Source of the DNA: an uncultured delta proteobacterium
GTDB taxonomy: Bacteria; Myxococcota_A; Polyangia; Fen-1088
Reading direction: 5' to 3'
NCBI GenBank assembly: GCA_963767925.1
Contig: CAVYGB010000008.1
Coordinates: 2,400,001-2,464,000, forward strand
DNA: 64,000 nt
Position numbers and translations under genes: made by a program. The notes under the pieces are model-generated. The model was not told the DNA's origin and searched no databases. It was given only the letters and a program-made list of their open reading frames with translations. Below, in pieces: positions 47,261 through 57,235 of this stretch (its first letter is position 1; each line of letters opens with the position of its first letter).

Positions 47261-48214
47261 TCAAAAGCGGCCCACGACGGCGAGCTGGACGATCGCCGTG
47301 CCCGAGGGGTCGGCGGTCACCACGGGCAGGGCGCGGAGGTCGGGGCCCAGGTGCCGGCGGCGTGGCTGACCGTCGCCGTCGAAGTGGGCGGCGTAGGTCA
47401 GATGTGCGACCAGGGTGCCCACCAGCGCGCCCAGCAACACGTCCGAGGGCCAGTGCTGCTGGTCGACGACGCGCGACAGGCCGACCAGCGCCGGGACGCC
47501 GTACCCGACGAGGTGGGGGAGCACCGAACCGACCAGCAGGCGCGGGTTCGGCGCCCACCCGGCGAGCGGACCGCGGCGCAGGTAGCGGGTCACGTCTTCG
47601 GTCACGAAGGCCCCCACCGCGAACACGCTGGAGGCGTGCCCCGAAAAGAAGGAAAGGTTGTCCTCGCCCGGGCGCTTGCGCAGCTCGGGGTGGTCGTTGG
47701 CCCCCTCGGTGTACGGGCGCGGCCGCCCCACCGCGTATTTCACGGCGCCGGTGAGCAGGTAGGTCCACCCGATCGCCTCGACGTAGGCCGCCAGGCGATG
47801 GTTGGCGTGCCCGCCGGCCGCGAACCAGGGCTCACCGCCGCCCAGCGCGAGCAGCGGCAACCCGTAGGCCAGCACGGGCAGCACCGGGAGGACGTATCCG
47901 CCCAGCAGGTCGGGCGCTCCCGCGAGGAACCGTCCCTTGCCCGGGCGGTAGGACCAGCGCGAGATGCGCGCGTCCAGGCTGCCGGGCGCCGGGGGCCCCA
48001 TGCCCGGGACGGGCGCGGGCAACACCTCCGGTCCGGCGAGCAGGAGGAAGACCCCGCCGCCGGCCGCGGCGAAGGCGATCCCCAGCTCCAGCACGGAGAA
48101 GTTCTGGCGCAGGGGAACCGGGGAGGTGGGCTCCGCCGCGCGCGCCGGCGCGCCCGCTCCGGTCGAGAGCGCGCCTGCCAGGAGGAGCGGGATCCAGCGT
48201 CCGGACCGGATCAT
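47261..48214 (-). CDS. PAP2-family phosphatase
   Basis: KYAVGRPRP, SFFSGH, SRVVDQQHWPSD; start overlaps the upstream kinase stop (ATGA). Confidence 0.9.
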   Translation of the reverse strand: MIRSGRWIPLLLAGALSTGAGAPARAAEPTSPVPLRQNFSVLELGIAFAAAGGGVFLLLAGPEVLPAPVPGMGPPAPGSLDARISRWSYRPGKGRFLAGAPDLLGGYVLPVLPVLAYGLPLLALGGGEPWFAAGGHANHRLAAYVEAIGWTYLLTGAVKYAVGRPRPYTEGANDHPELRKRPGEDNLSFFSGHASSVFAVGAFVTEDVTRYLRRGPLAGWAPNPRLLVGSVLPHLVGYGVPALVGLSRVVDQQHWPSDVLLGALVGTLVAHLTYAAHFDGDGQPRRRHLGPDLRALPVVTADPSGTAIVQLAVVGRF

Positions 48215-49905
48215 CGGGGTGGGGCGGTCGGGGTGACTCGTTGCTGGGCCTGGGCCCTGCCCTCCCGGGCCGCCCGGCTCCCGGGGGCCATCCGCAGCAC
48301 GTAGTCGAACTCGACCCGGGCCTCGGCGGGACGGCCGGAGGCCAGGTAGATCTTGCCGAGCAGCAGCCGGGACCGCACCGCCAGGCCGGCCGCCCGGGCC
48401 GCCACGGCGTAGCTGGTCGCCTGCTGCAGGTTGCCCTGCCGGAGCATGTCCTCCCCGCGCTCGAGGAAGATCGCGCCCAGCCGCTTCGTCTCGGGCGTCT
48501 CGCCGGCGCGCCGGCGGGCAGCGGTGGCCGCTCGGCGCGCCGGCGCGCTGCCGGCGGCGACCCGGGCGGGCGCTGGCCTGGCGGGGGGGACGGGCGCCGC
48601 GGGGGCCGGCGCCGGAGGAGGCGCAGGCGCCGGGACCGCGGGGGCCGGGGGCGCTTCGCGCTGCGCGACCGGAGCGGGCCCCTCGTCTCGCTTCCACGAG
48701 CGCAGGTTGCGCGGGCCGTAAGCGGCGGCGGCGACGGCGGCGCCGGCGGCCAGCCCCAGGATCCAGCCGCCGATCCGGCGCTTGCGCGACAGCGGGAGGG
48801 CCACCTCCGGCAGCGGGGAGATCTCCCGCGCCAGGGCGCCCTCCACCAGCGAGACACCGCTGGCCGGCGTGGGACTCCGGGCGGACGCCGCGGGGGCCCC
48901 CGCCTCCACGACCTCGAGCGGGACCCGGGGAGCCGGCGGAGGCTCCTCGGCCGCCAGCCGCTCGGCGGCGGCGAACATGGCCTGCTCCTCGTCGGCCTCG
49001 CGCTCGCGCTCGACCTCGAACAGCTCCTCGAGAAACGTCTTCAGGCGGGTGGCGTCCTGGCTGGCCGTGAGCAGCGCGGTCACCCGGGCGGCGAAGGCGC
49101 CTGCGCTGGGATAACGATCGTTGGGGTCGTCAGCCAGCGCCGTCATCACGAGGTCGTCGATGTCTTGGGGCAGCTGCGACACCACGCGCGAGGGGGGCAC
49201 CACCGAGAAGCCGACCCCGGTGGCCCCCGGCTCCACCGCCCGCCGGCCGGTGACCAGCTCCCACAGGATCAGCCCGACCGCGAACAGATCGCTGCGCGCG
49301 TCGAGGGGGCGGCCGCGCCGCTGCTCGGGTGACTGGTAGGGGCCCGGGATCCAGCGCTCCCCGACCAGGGTCTCGGCCAGGCGGTCCCGCCAGCGGGCCA
49401 GGCCGAAGTCGGCCAGCTTCACCTGCCCCTCGTAGGACAGCAGGATGCTCGAGGGGGTCACGTCGCGGTGAACCAGATCCTGATCTTCCAGGGCGTGCAG
49501 GTAGCTCAGCCCGCGCAGCACCTCGCGGGCGACATAGAGGGCGACGCCGAGGGGGAAGGGCAAGCTCCACTCGAAGCAGCGCTGCAGGACGTGGCGCAGC
49601 GACTTGCCCCGCACGTACTCCGCGACGAGGAAAGGGGGGTGGCCGGTGGGGTGGGCCTCGGCGACGTAGAGGAGGTTCGGATGGTCGAGCCGGGTGGCCA
49701 GGCGGGCCTCGTCGACGAACCGGCGCAGATCGTTCTCGTCGGACGCTGGCAGGGCCCCGGGGGTGCCGTCGTCGGAGGAGAGCATCTTGATCGCGCACAG
49801 GCGCCCCCCGGCGTGGGCCAGAAAAACCCGCCCCAGGCGCCCCTCCCCCAGCTCCTTGAGGAGCTGGTGTCGGCCGAAGCGTCGAGGGAACCCTGGGCGC
49901 CACAT
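48211..49905 (-). CDS. Ser/Thr kinase-like membrane protein with degenerate catalytic motifs; C-terminal TPR
   Basis: GEGRLG, AIK, HRDVTPSS, DFG, YQSPEQ, DLFAVG; TM IGGWILGLAAGAAVAAAAYG; TPR tail. Confidence 0.85.
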   Translation of the reverse strand: MWRPGFPRRFGRHQLLKELGEGRLGRVFLAHAGGRLCAIKMLSSDDGTPGALPASDENDLRRFVDEARLATRLDHPNLLYVAEAHPTGHPPFLVAEYVRGKSLRHVLQRCFEWSLPFPLGVALYVAREVLRGLSYLHALEDQDLVHRDVTPSSILLSYEGQVKLADFGLARWRDRLAETLVGERWIPGPYQSPEQRRGRPLDARSDLFAVGLILWELVTGRRAVEPGATGVGFSVVPPSRVVSQLPQDIDDLVMTALADDPNDRYPSAGAFAARVTALLTASQDATRLKTFLEELFEVEREREADEEQAMFAAAERLAAEEPPPAPRVPLEVVEAGAPAASARSPTPASGVSLVEGALAREISPLPEVALPLSRKRRIGGWILGLAAGAAVAAAAYGPRNLRSWKRDEGPAPVAQREAPPAPAVPAPAPPPAPAPAAPVPPARPAPARVAAGSAPARRAATAARRRAGETPETKRLGAIFLERGEDMLRQGNLQQATSYAVAARAAGLAVRSRLLLGKIYLASGRPAEARVEFDYVLRMAPGSRAAREGRAQAQQRVTPTAPPR

Positions 49906-49970
49906 GTCAGATCAGCTCGAGCGAGAGCAGCGCGCGTGGTCCACCTGGCCCATCGACGCCGAGCGCGCGC

Positions 49971-51937
49971 TCACTCCAGGATCGGCGCCCCGGCCGGGTT
50001 GACGACCTTCGCCCGCGGCGGCGCGGGCGGTGTCTCCAGGCGAGGACGCGGCTCCGACTCCGGTGTCCACCCGGATTCCCGGCGCTTCTTCTGCTGGTTG
50101 AGCAGGCGCAAGGCCCGCATGGTGGCGTCCCCCTGCGGATAGGGCGCGACAACCCCGGCGCGCACGTCGGGACCACTGCCCCGCCCGGAGGGGAACTTGC
50201 GGCCCACCCCGCTGTTGCCCCGCAACCCGCCAGGGGCCATGGTCGGCACGGGCGATCCGGCCGCCGCCAGCTCCGCGGGGCTCTTGCCCGAAGGGCCGAT
50301 CGGCTCGCCGGTGAGGCCGGCGTCGGGCGGGTTCGCCGCCTCGGCGTGTTTCCGCTGGGCCTCGACCTCCTCCTCCGAGGGTGGCATCAGGCCACCGACC
50401 ATGGGGATCGGCGTCTCCGGGAGCAACACCGGGGTCTCACTGGGCAGCACGACGGGCGTCTCTTTCGGGAGCACCACCCGGGTCTCTGCGGGATACGAGG
50501 GTGTGCTGCCGGATGCGGCCGGCTCGGCCTTCTGGGCAGGCGTCTGCGCCGGCGGCTGGTCGGACGGGAGGCGCCGCTTGATGCTGGCCTTGACGTCCTG
50601 GGGGATCCGGTCGGCCAGGTTGGGATCGACCCAGGCGGCGTATCCGCCCGCGCCGAGCGCGATCAGCCCGGCGATCATCACCGCGTTGCGCACGCCCCCG
50701 CCCCGGGCGGGCGCGGGGCGCTTGGCGGAAGCGGCGACGGGGGGGCGGCCGCCTCGGGCGCGGTGCCTTTGCGGAACTGGGTGGCCGGGGGCGCCTGCGC
50801 GGGCAGCGCCATCCGGGTGGGCGCCGGTGGACGCACAACGGGGGCCGATCGGGTCGCCGACGACTCGGACCGGCTGCCCCGGAAGGCGTCGATGGCCATC
50901 GTTCCCTTGTCGTTCGAGACCGGTGGACGCGGCGGATCGAGGTAGCTCGGCGGACTGGAGGGGCTGACTGGCGGGCGATCCCGCTCGTAGTAGTCCGACC
51001 AGATGACCCGCCGCTTGGACGAGGCCAGCGGCAAGAGCGCCCGGCCCATCTCGTGCACCGATTCGAACCGGTCCTGCGCCCGGATGCTCATCGCCCGGAC
51101 CAGCAGGGACTCGAGCGCGGGCGAGATGTCGGGGCGCACCTTGCGGGGCGGGACGAAGTTCCCCTCGCCGATGCTGTGCATGACGGCGTAGGCGGTGTTG
51201 CCCTCGTGGGGACGCCGGCCGGTCAGCGCCTCGTACAGGATGACCCCCAGGGCGTACTGGTCGCAGCGCACGTCGAGCTGCTTGCCGGCGATCTGCTCGG
51301 GCGACAGGTAGTGGGTCGTCCCCAGCACGGCGCCCGACCCGGTCAGTCCGGAGCCGACCTCCTCGTCGAGCCGCTTGGAGATGCCGAAGTCGAGCACCTT
51401 GGGGACGAGCTCTCCCAGCGGGGTGCGGGCCAGGAAGATGTTCGCCGGCTTGAGATCCCGGTGGATCACGCCCGACTCGTGGGCGGCGAAGACGCCCGCA
51501 CACACCGCGAGCATCACGTCGACGACGAAGGTCGGGTCGAGCGTGCCCGGATCCCGCTCGACAAGCGCTCCCATGTCCTCGCCCCGCAGGAGCTCCATGA
51601 CCAGGAACGACAGACCGTTTTCCGTGCCGAAGTCGGTGACGTCGACGACGTGAGGGTGATCGAGGCGGGAGGCGGCGGCGGCCTCGCGCAAGAAGCGCGC
51701 CTCCGCCCGGGCGTCGGTGGCGACCGCCCGCAAGGTCTTGATGGCAACCGGCTTGCCGATCCCGGTGTGCAGGGCCTCGTAGACGGCGGCCATGCCGCCT
51801 GCGCCGAGCGGGCGGACGATCCGGTATTTGCCGAGCATCGTCCCGGGGGCCAGGATGGAGCCGCGCGTCGGAGGTGGCATCGCGGCGGCATCCCCCCCGG
51901 GAGCACTCTGCGCCGACTCGCCTTTGGCCCGACTCAT
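49971..51937 (-). CDS. Hanks-type Ser/Thr kinase with TM and Pro-rich tail; frameshift near 50700
   Basis: GAGGMA, VAIK, HRDLKPAN, DFG, GTTHYLSPEQ; TM NAVMIAGLIALGAGGYAAW in the second frame; ends GAPILE. Confidence 0.88.
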
Positions 51938-52052
51938 GACTTACGCCCGCACTCTAACGTACGACTGCGACACCCGGTAGCCCGACCCACACCGGGCACC
52001 GGGTGGCGGCTGTGCGCCTGCGCATTGGCCCCGGCCCCGCCCGCCCGTCGCG

Positions 52053-52664
52053 TCAGGGGGTATCGAGCGGGCCCGGGCAGAGCGCGCGGAGCCGGCAGCC
52101 GGCGCAGCGCGCCCCGCGCCAGATGCGATCGTAGAGGTCCTGCACCTCGTCGAGCAGGAGGTCGTCGCCAGAGACGAAGCCGAGCTCGAAGTTCCGGCGC
52201 CCTTCCCCCTTCGCGCCCAGTCCGGCGCCGGTCCAGTTCGCGCTGCCGAGGTAGACCCGGGCGCTGTCGATCACGACAACCTTGAAGTGCACGCGGGGGC
52301 AGGCGCGCATCTCGAACGAGCCGGCGCCGGCGGTGCCATCGAGGAGGTGGGGTCGGCGTCCGAGCTCGGCGCGAAACAGCCGGGAGGGCTCACCGGCGTG
52401 CAGCAGCCGGATCTCCACCCCCTTGCCCACCAGCTCGTCGAAGGCCGCCAGGATCGATCGGTAGCGGCGGGCACGCCGGCCCAGGGTGCGCCGCCGGCCC
52501 GGCCGGGCGCGGCTGTCCTCGACCAACAGCTCCTTGAGGTTGGCGGTGGCGATCCAGACGCTGCGGGCGGCCTGCAGCACCGGCTCGATCACCGCCTCGT
52601 AGTGGCCGCGCCCGGCGACGAGCTGGACCGGCACCGCGCGGGTGGCCCGGACGAAGTCGGTCAC
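52053..52664 (-). CDS. Single-domain phospholipase D family protein (Nuc-like)
   Basis: One HxK-x4-D motif (HFKVVVID), GSANWT, NFE; C-terminal CAGCRLRALC. Confidence 0.85.
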   Translation of the reverse strand: MTDFVRATRAVPVQLVAGRGHYEAVIEPVLQAARSVWIATANLKELLVEDSRARPGRRRTLGRRARRYRSILAAFDELVGKGVEIRLLHAGEPSRLFRAELGRRPHLLDGTAGAGSFEMRACPRVHFKVVVIDSARVYLGSANWTGAGLGAKGEGRRNFELGFVSGDDLLLDEVQDLYDRIWRGARCAGCRLRALCPGPLDTP

Positions 52665-52667
52665 CCT

Positions 52668-53984
52668 TCAGGTTCCGTCGCCACCCGCGGCGGAGCGCAG
52701 GCGGGGACGGAGATCGACGCGCGGCAGATCGGGCAAGGGCTTCTTGCCGTTGGCGCCGAGCTCCTCGAGGCGACGGGCGCTGGGCAGGACGCGCGACTCC
52801 AGCGAGGCCGCCGCGGCGTTGAAGTGTTCGGTCGCCTTGTTGAGGGCGGTCCCCAGACGGGCCCAGTGCTCGAGCAGGGTCGCGACCCGCTCGTGCAGGA
52901 TGCGGCCCTGCTCGCTGACCTGCTCGGCGTTCTCCGCCAGACGCTCCTGCCGCCAGCCGTAGTGGACCGTCTGCAAGAGGGCGATCAGCGTGGTGGGGGT
53001 GGCGAGCAACACCTTGCGGCCCACCCCCTCCTCGAGCAGCGAGGGCGAGTCCTCGACCGCGGCCCCGAAGATGGCCTCGCCGGGCAGGAACATCACGACG
53101 AACTCGGGGGCCTGGGGCAGCTCGGCCCAGTAGGACTTGCTGCTCAGCTTGGTGAGGTGGGCCCGCACCTGGGACCCGTGCTCGCGGAGGCGGGCGCGAC
53201 GATCGGTCTCGCTCGTCGCCTCCATGGCCTGCAGGTAACCCTCGAGCGGAACCTTGGCGTCGACAACCACGTGCCGGCCGCCCGGCATGCGCACCACCAG
53301 GTCGGGGCGCAGCCGCCGCTCATCGCCCACCAGGGTCATCTGCTGCACGAAATCGCAGTGCTCGAGCATCCCCGCCAGCTCCACCACCCGGCGGAGCTGC
53401 ATCTCGCCCCAGCGGCCGCGCACCGCCGGCGAGCGGAGCGCGCGGGCCAGGCTGCCGGTCTCGTTCGAGAGCCTGTCGTTGGCCGAGGCCAGCCCGCGCA
53501 CCTGCTCCATGAGCTGGCCGTGGGCGCGCCCCCGTTCATTTTCCAGGGCCTGGATCTTGCTGTCGACCTTGTCGAGCGAGTCGCGAACCGGGGCCACCAG
53601 CCCCTCGATGGCCTTCTGCCGCGCCTCCAGCGCGGCGTCGGTCTGGCTGCGTTCGGCCCGCAGCTTCTCGGCGGCCAGGGTCATGAAACCCCGCGTGTTG
53701 GCGGCCAGCGCGTCGGCGGCCAGCGCCCGGAAGGTGTCGCCGAGGCGCGCCTCGGCGCAGGTGAGCAGCGACCGATGCTCCTCGAGCCGCGTCCGCAGCT
53801 CGGCCGCCTGGGTCTCGGCGACCGCCCGCCCGCGCTCGGCGGCGACCCGGGCCTCCTCCAGGGTCCGACCCCGGACCTCGGCCGCTACCCGGGCGCGGCC
53901 CGCGCCCAGCAGCCAACCAAGAACGACGCCGAATCCTGCGCCGCAGACCAGGATCAAGACCCAGCCGAAGGTGGAGCCAGCCAT
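52668..53984 (-). CDS. rmuC: DNA recombination protein RmuC
   Basis: N-terminal TM, coiled coil, RGRWGEMQL, RPDLVVRMP...VDAKVP, FVVMFLPGE, ATPTTLIALL. Confidence 0.95.
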   Translation of the reverse strand: MAGSTFGWVLILVCGAGFGVVLGWLLGAGRARVAAEVRGRTLEEARVAAERGRAVAETQAAELRTRLEEHRSLLTCAEARLGDTFRALAADALAANTRGFMTLAAEKLRAERSQTDAALEARQKAIEGLVAPVRDSLDKVDSKIQALENERGRAHGQLMEQVRGLASANDRLSNETGSLARALRSPAVRGRWGEMQLRRVVELAGMLEHCDFVQQMTLVGDERRLRPDLVVRMPGGRHVVVDAKVPLEGYLQAMEATSETDRRARLREHGSQVRAHLTKLSSKSYWAELPQAPEFVVMFLPGEAIFGAAVEDSPSLLEEGVGRKVLLATPTTLIALLQTVHYGWRQERLAENAEQVSEQGRILHERVATLLEHWARLGTALNKATEHFNAAAASLESRVLPSARRLEELGANGKKPLPDLPRVDLRPRLRSAAGGDGT

Positions 53985-54115
53985 CCCGGCAGGCTATCCG
54001 AATGTTCAGGTGCCTGGCAAATAACCCATCATTTCGCCGCCCCAGCCCCGGGGCCGCCTCATGATGCATCGTTCCAGAGATAGCTGCGACCACCCCTCGG
54101 CGGTCGGGCCACCCG

Positions 54116-54412
54116 CTAGAGCATCGTGACCACGCCCTTGACCTTCGAGAGGCGGGCGTAGAGGGCGAGGACGTCCTCCGCGGAGGCGCAGGGGACCTTG
54201 ATGCGGTGGCTCGTGTATTTGCCGCCGCGGCTGGGAATCAGCTCGTAGGCGCTGTCGGCGAGGGGCCCGGGCAGCCCATCTTCGACCGCCGCCCGCAGGT
54301 CGGAGGAGACCTGCTCCCCGGTGACGGTGATGACGGACAGGTGGTACTCGCCCGGGAACGTGTGGGCGGCCCTCAGAAGCTCGAGCGTACGGGTGCGCGC
54401 GTCTTCGCTCAC
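54116..54412 (-). CDS. DUF493 (YbeD-like) protein
   Basis: HTFPGEY, SRGGKYTS, VLALY..L....GV. Confidence 0.85.
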   Translation of the reverse strand: MSEDARTRTLELLRAAHTFPGEYHLSVITVTGEQVSSDLRAAVEDGLPGPLADSAYELIPSRGGKYTSHRIKVPCASAEDVLALYARLSKVKGVVTML

Positions 54413-54424
54413 TCTCTACTCAGT

Positions 54425-55519
54425 CTAGAACGACTCCACCCGTGATTCCCAGTCCAGGCAACCAGTATCCGCCTCACCCATGCGGGGGTTGACGATGACC
54501 ACGTTGGCCTGATCGAGCAGGGCCCGCCGGGTGCGCTTGACCTGGATCGGCAGGACCAGGTTCATGCGTTCGCGCATGGGAGAGAAGGTCCAGGCCGAGA
54601 CGACCTTCTCCATGCAGGTAGTCACCGGACATTCCGTCTCGTCGTAGGTCGAGCGGGCGATCCAGTGGGACAGGACCTCCCCCTCGCGCGAGAGCGCGAG
54701 GCCAACGCCCACGAAGCCCGGCTGGTGGCAGCTGAGCGGCAGGGGATCGAAGCAGCGGTGCAGGCTGGGCGTCTCGAACTGGGCCTTGGCCCGGATCAGC
54801 CGCTCCACCTCGAGCGGGGTGGCGGTGCGCGGGATGGCCCAGCGCTCGTCGAAGTCGGTCACCGCGAGCGCCGCGGGGACCGACCCCAGCAAGGTGGCCA
54901 GGGCCGCGACCGGGGTGCCCAGCGCGGCGGCCCGGACCAGCTTGCGGAAGGTGCCCGAAGCGAGCCAGGTCCAGCGCTCGCTCATCGGCACGGCCTGGCG
55001 GCCCAGGCGCCGGCGCGTGATCACGAAGGTCGAGGTCCCGATCTCGATCCGCACCTTGCCCTCCTGAGGCAAGGGCAGCCCGACCGGTCCCTGGCGCAGG
55101 AAGGCCTCGAGCGGAGTTGTCGATCGTCCATGTTCGATCGCGCCGCTCATCCCCGGCAGGAGGCCGATCTCGTAGTCGGCGCCGACCCGTCGGACCAGGT
55201 CGATGTCGGTCATCGCGAAGGCGTCGGCCTCGATGTCGGCCCCCAGCCGGTAGCGGCCGACCCGGGCCCTCACCCAGCGCCCGGAGGCGATCGCGACCGC
55301 CCCTGCCACGCCCAGCCAGGACAGAAAAAATGTCGGGGCATGCGCCACCAACCCGAACCCCTTCACCAACCCCGCCGCCAGAGCCATCGCCAGCAGCACC
55401 AGCATTGCGCTGATCGTGCCCGCCAGAACAGCCGCCGAGCGCTCTCGCTCCGGTGAGAGGGTACGCACGGTCTGAAGCTCGCCCCGATCGAATACGGCCA
55501 CCACTACGGGTCGCTCCAC
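54425..55519 (-). CDS. Membrane protein with AgmX/PglI/TonB-C-like C-terminal domain
   Basis: Strong SD (TAAGGAGGT) before GTG; 2-3 TM segments; LHRCF...GEV...VTTCM...WTFS pattern. Confidence 0.6.
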   Translation of the reverse strand: MERPVVVAVFDRGELQTVRTLSPERERSAAVLAGTISAMLVLLAMALAAGLVKGFGLVAHAPTFFLSWLGVAGAVAIASGRWVRARVGRYRLGADIEADAFAMTDIDLVRRVGADYEIGLLPGMSGAIEHGRSTTPLEAFLRQGPVGLPLPQEGKVRIEIGTSTFVITRRRLGRQAVPMSERWTWLASGTFRKLVRAAALGTPVAALATLLGSVPAALAVTDFDERWAIPRTATPLEVERLIRAKAQFETPSLHRCFDPLPLSCHQPGFVGVGLALSREGEVLSHWIARSTYDETECPVTTCMEKVVSAWTFSPMRERMNLVLPIQVKRTRRALLDQANVVIVNPRMGEADTGCLDWESRVESF

Positions 55520-55652
55520 GATCCACCTCCTTAAGCGCTACATCGTGACTATAAGCATAAGCGGTAGAACGAGCAGGGCACTTGAGAAGAGGCCCGCCGG
55601 TTGCAGAGACTGGAAAAAGTTTTGCGACGGGCGCGCGACGACGTGCGGCCTG

Positions 55653-55985
55653 TCACGTACTCCCGGTGGCGCCCGCCATGGATGCGAGGGCCGACTCCAG
55701 CTCGCCAAGGGCGTGGTGATCGCCCTGTTTCGAGCAGATTTCGACGCCTTTTCGCCAGACCGTCCCGGCGTCGTCCGGGCGGCCCGTCGCCACCAGAGCG
55801 TTGCCCGCGTGCAGGTAGCTGGCCGTGTAGTCGGGATGTTCGGCGAGCAGGCGCTCGAAGACCGTCCAGGCCTGGGCGTGGTCACCGGCGTTGCGGTGCT
55901 CGAGCGCGAGCGCGTATTTGGGAAAGGGGTCCTGCGGGCGCGCCTGCACGAAGGTCTGCAATCGGGCGATCCGTTCCGCTGCCAA
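55653..55985 (-). CDS. Small TPR protein
   Basis: TTG start after GAGGAGGAG; RIARL...PQDPFPKYALALEH...PDYTASYLHAG...GDHHALGEL. Confidence 0.85.
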   Translation of the reverse strand: MAAERIARLQTFVQARPQDPFPKYALALEHRNAGDHAQAWTVFERLLAEHPDYTASYLHAGNALVATGRPDDAGTVWRKGVEICSKQGDHHALGELESALASMAGATGST

Positions 55986-56213
55986 GGCTCCTCCTCGCGT
56001 GAAGCTGGTGATGTCGGGCGCGGCGCGACATGCGTCGCCAGCCGATGCGCGTGCGCCGGTCAGCCCGGTAAAACGTCGAGTATTCAACTGCAAAACAGCG
56101 CTCGCAAGCCGAGGTTTCGCGGGCGCTCGTCCGCTGGGTTTGAATTGACGGGAGTCGGGCAATCCCGCAAGGTCAGTGGACGGAAGGGAACCCGACGGGC
56201 TGCACGGCGCGCG

Positions 56214-57089
56214 ATGCGAGGAGAGTTCGAGCGATTTCTCGGTGTCGACCTCGGCGGAGGGAAGGGAAAAAAGACCGCCGTGGCGGTGCTCGAGCGCCGG
56301 GAGGATGGCATCGCGGTTGTGGCGCTGCTCCCGCGCTCCGGCGATGCGCCCCTCTACGACGCCGGCCTCATCGAAGAGCTGCGCTCCCGGGCCAGCGGCG
56401 CGCTCCTGTGCGTCGATGCTCCGCTGACCCTGCCTCCCTGCCTGCGCTGCGCTGAGCAGGTCTGTCCCGGCCAGGACCGCTGCGTCGACCCCGCCGTGGT
56501 GGAGATGCGGCGGCTGGCCGGCAGCGCCCTTGTACCCTCGCGGGACCATCGGCGGGGCAAGCCGGCCGTTACGCCTTACACGCAGCGGGTGACCGAGGTC
56601 TACCTGCGTGAGCGGCGAGCCGTGATCCCGCGCGAGACCCTCGGCCAGGGGATGGGCCCGCTCACCGCCCGGGCGAGCCACCTGCTGCGCGCGCTGGCCG
56701 GCCACTTCCGCCTCGACGACAACGCCATCGAGGTCTATCCCAAGGCCACCCTGGCCCTGCTGCAGCTCTCCGATCCGTACAAGAAGCAAGCAGACGCCCG
56801 CTTGCGCCTGCTGGAGCGGATGCAGGGTCTCAGCTTCGCTCCCGGGGTGTGGCGCGAGGAGTGTGTCCAGAGCGACCACGCCTTCGACGCCATCGTGTGC
56901 GCCTACACCGGCTATCTCTACGCCCGCGACGACTGGCAGCTCCCCGCCGGCTGCGCGGTCAACCCCTCCCGCGACGGCTGGATCTGGGTCCCACCCGAGG
57001 CGAGCGCGCCCACCGAGAGCGGCGACCGCGACGACGCCAGCCCGGAGGCCAGCACCGTCGCGGCAGTCCGCCGCCGCAGCCTGCTCTAG
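56214..57089 (+). CDS. DUF429 family (RNase H-like predicted nuclease)
   Basis: FLGVDLGGG...KTAVA, VDAPLTLP, IEVYP, FDAIVCA, GWIWVP; candidate promoter TTGACG-17-CAAGGT at 56145-56173. Confidence 0.85.
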   Translation: MRGEFERFLGVDLGGGKGKKTAVAVLERREDGIAVVALLPRSGDAPLYDAGLIEELRSRASGALLCVDAPLTLPPCLRCAEQVCPGQDRCVDPAVVEMRRLAGSALVPSRDHRRGKPAVTPYTQRVTEVYLRERRAVIPRETLGQGMGPLTARASHLLRALAGHFRLDDNAIEVYPKATLALLQLSDPYKKQADARLRLLERMQGLSFAPGVWREECVQSDHAFDAIVCAYTGYLYARDDWQLPAGCAVNPSRDGWIWVPPEASAPTESGDRDDASPEASTVAAVRRRSLL

Positions 57090-57235
57090 TCCCCTGGGAC
57101 AGTGATTTCTCGCATACGTCGCCGGTCCTCTTCGTCCCTGGCCGCGTTGCTCGTCGGTTGAATACGCCAGGTATTCGCCCTCCTCGCGCCGTACCAGGAC
57201 CGAAGATGCCTCGCCGAGATATGCAAGACGGGGAC
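57089..57235 (-). ncRNA. Candidate structured RNA or palindromic element (long imperfect hairpin)
   Basis: Nested complementary arms centred near 57168 (57160-65/57171-76, 57129-41/57194-206, 57108-17/57219-28); G-U pairing favours the minus strand; no known family recognised. Confidence 0.35.
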
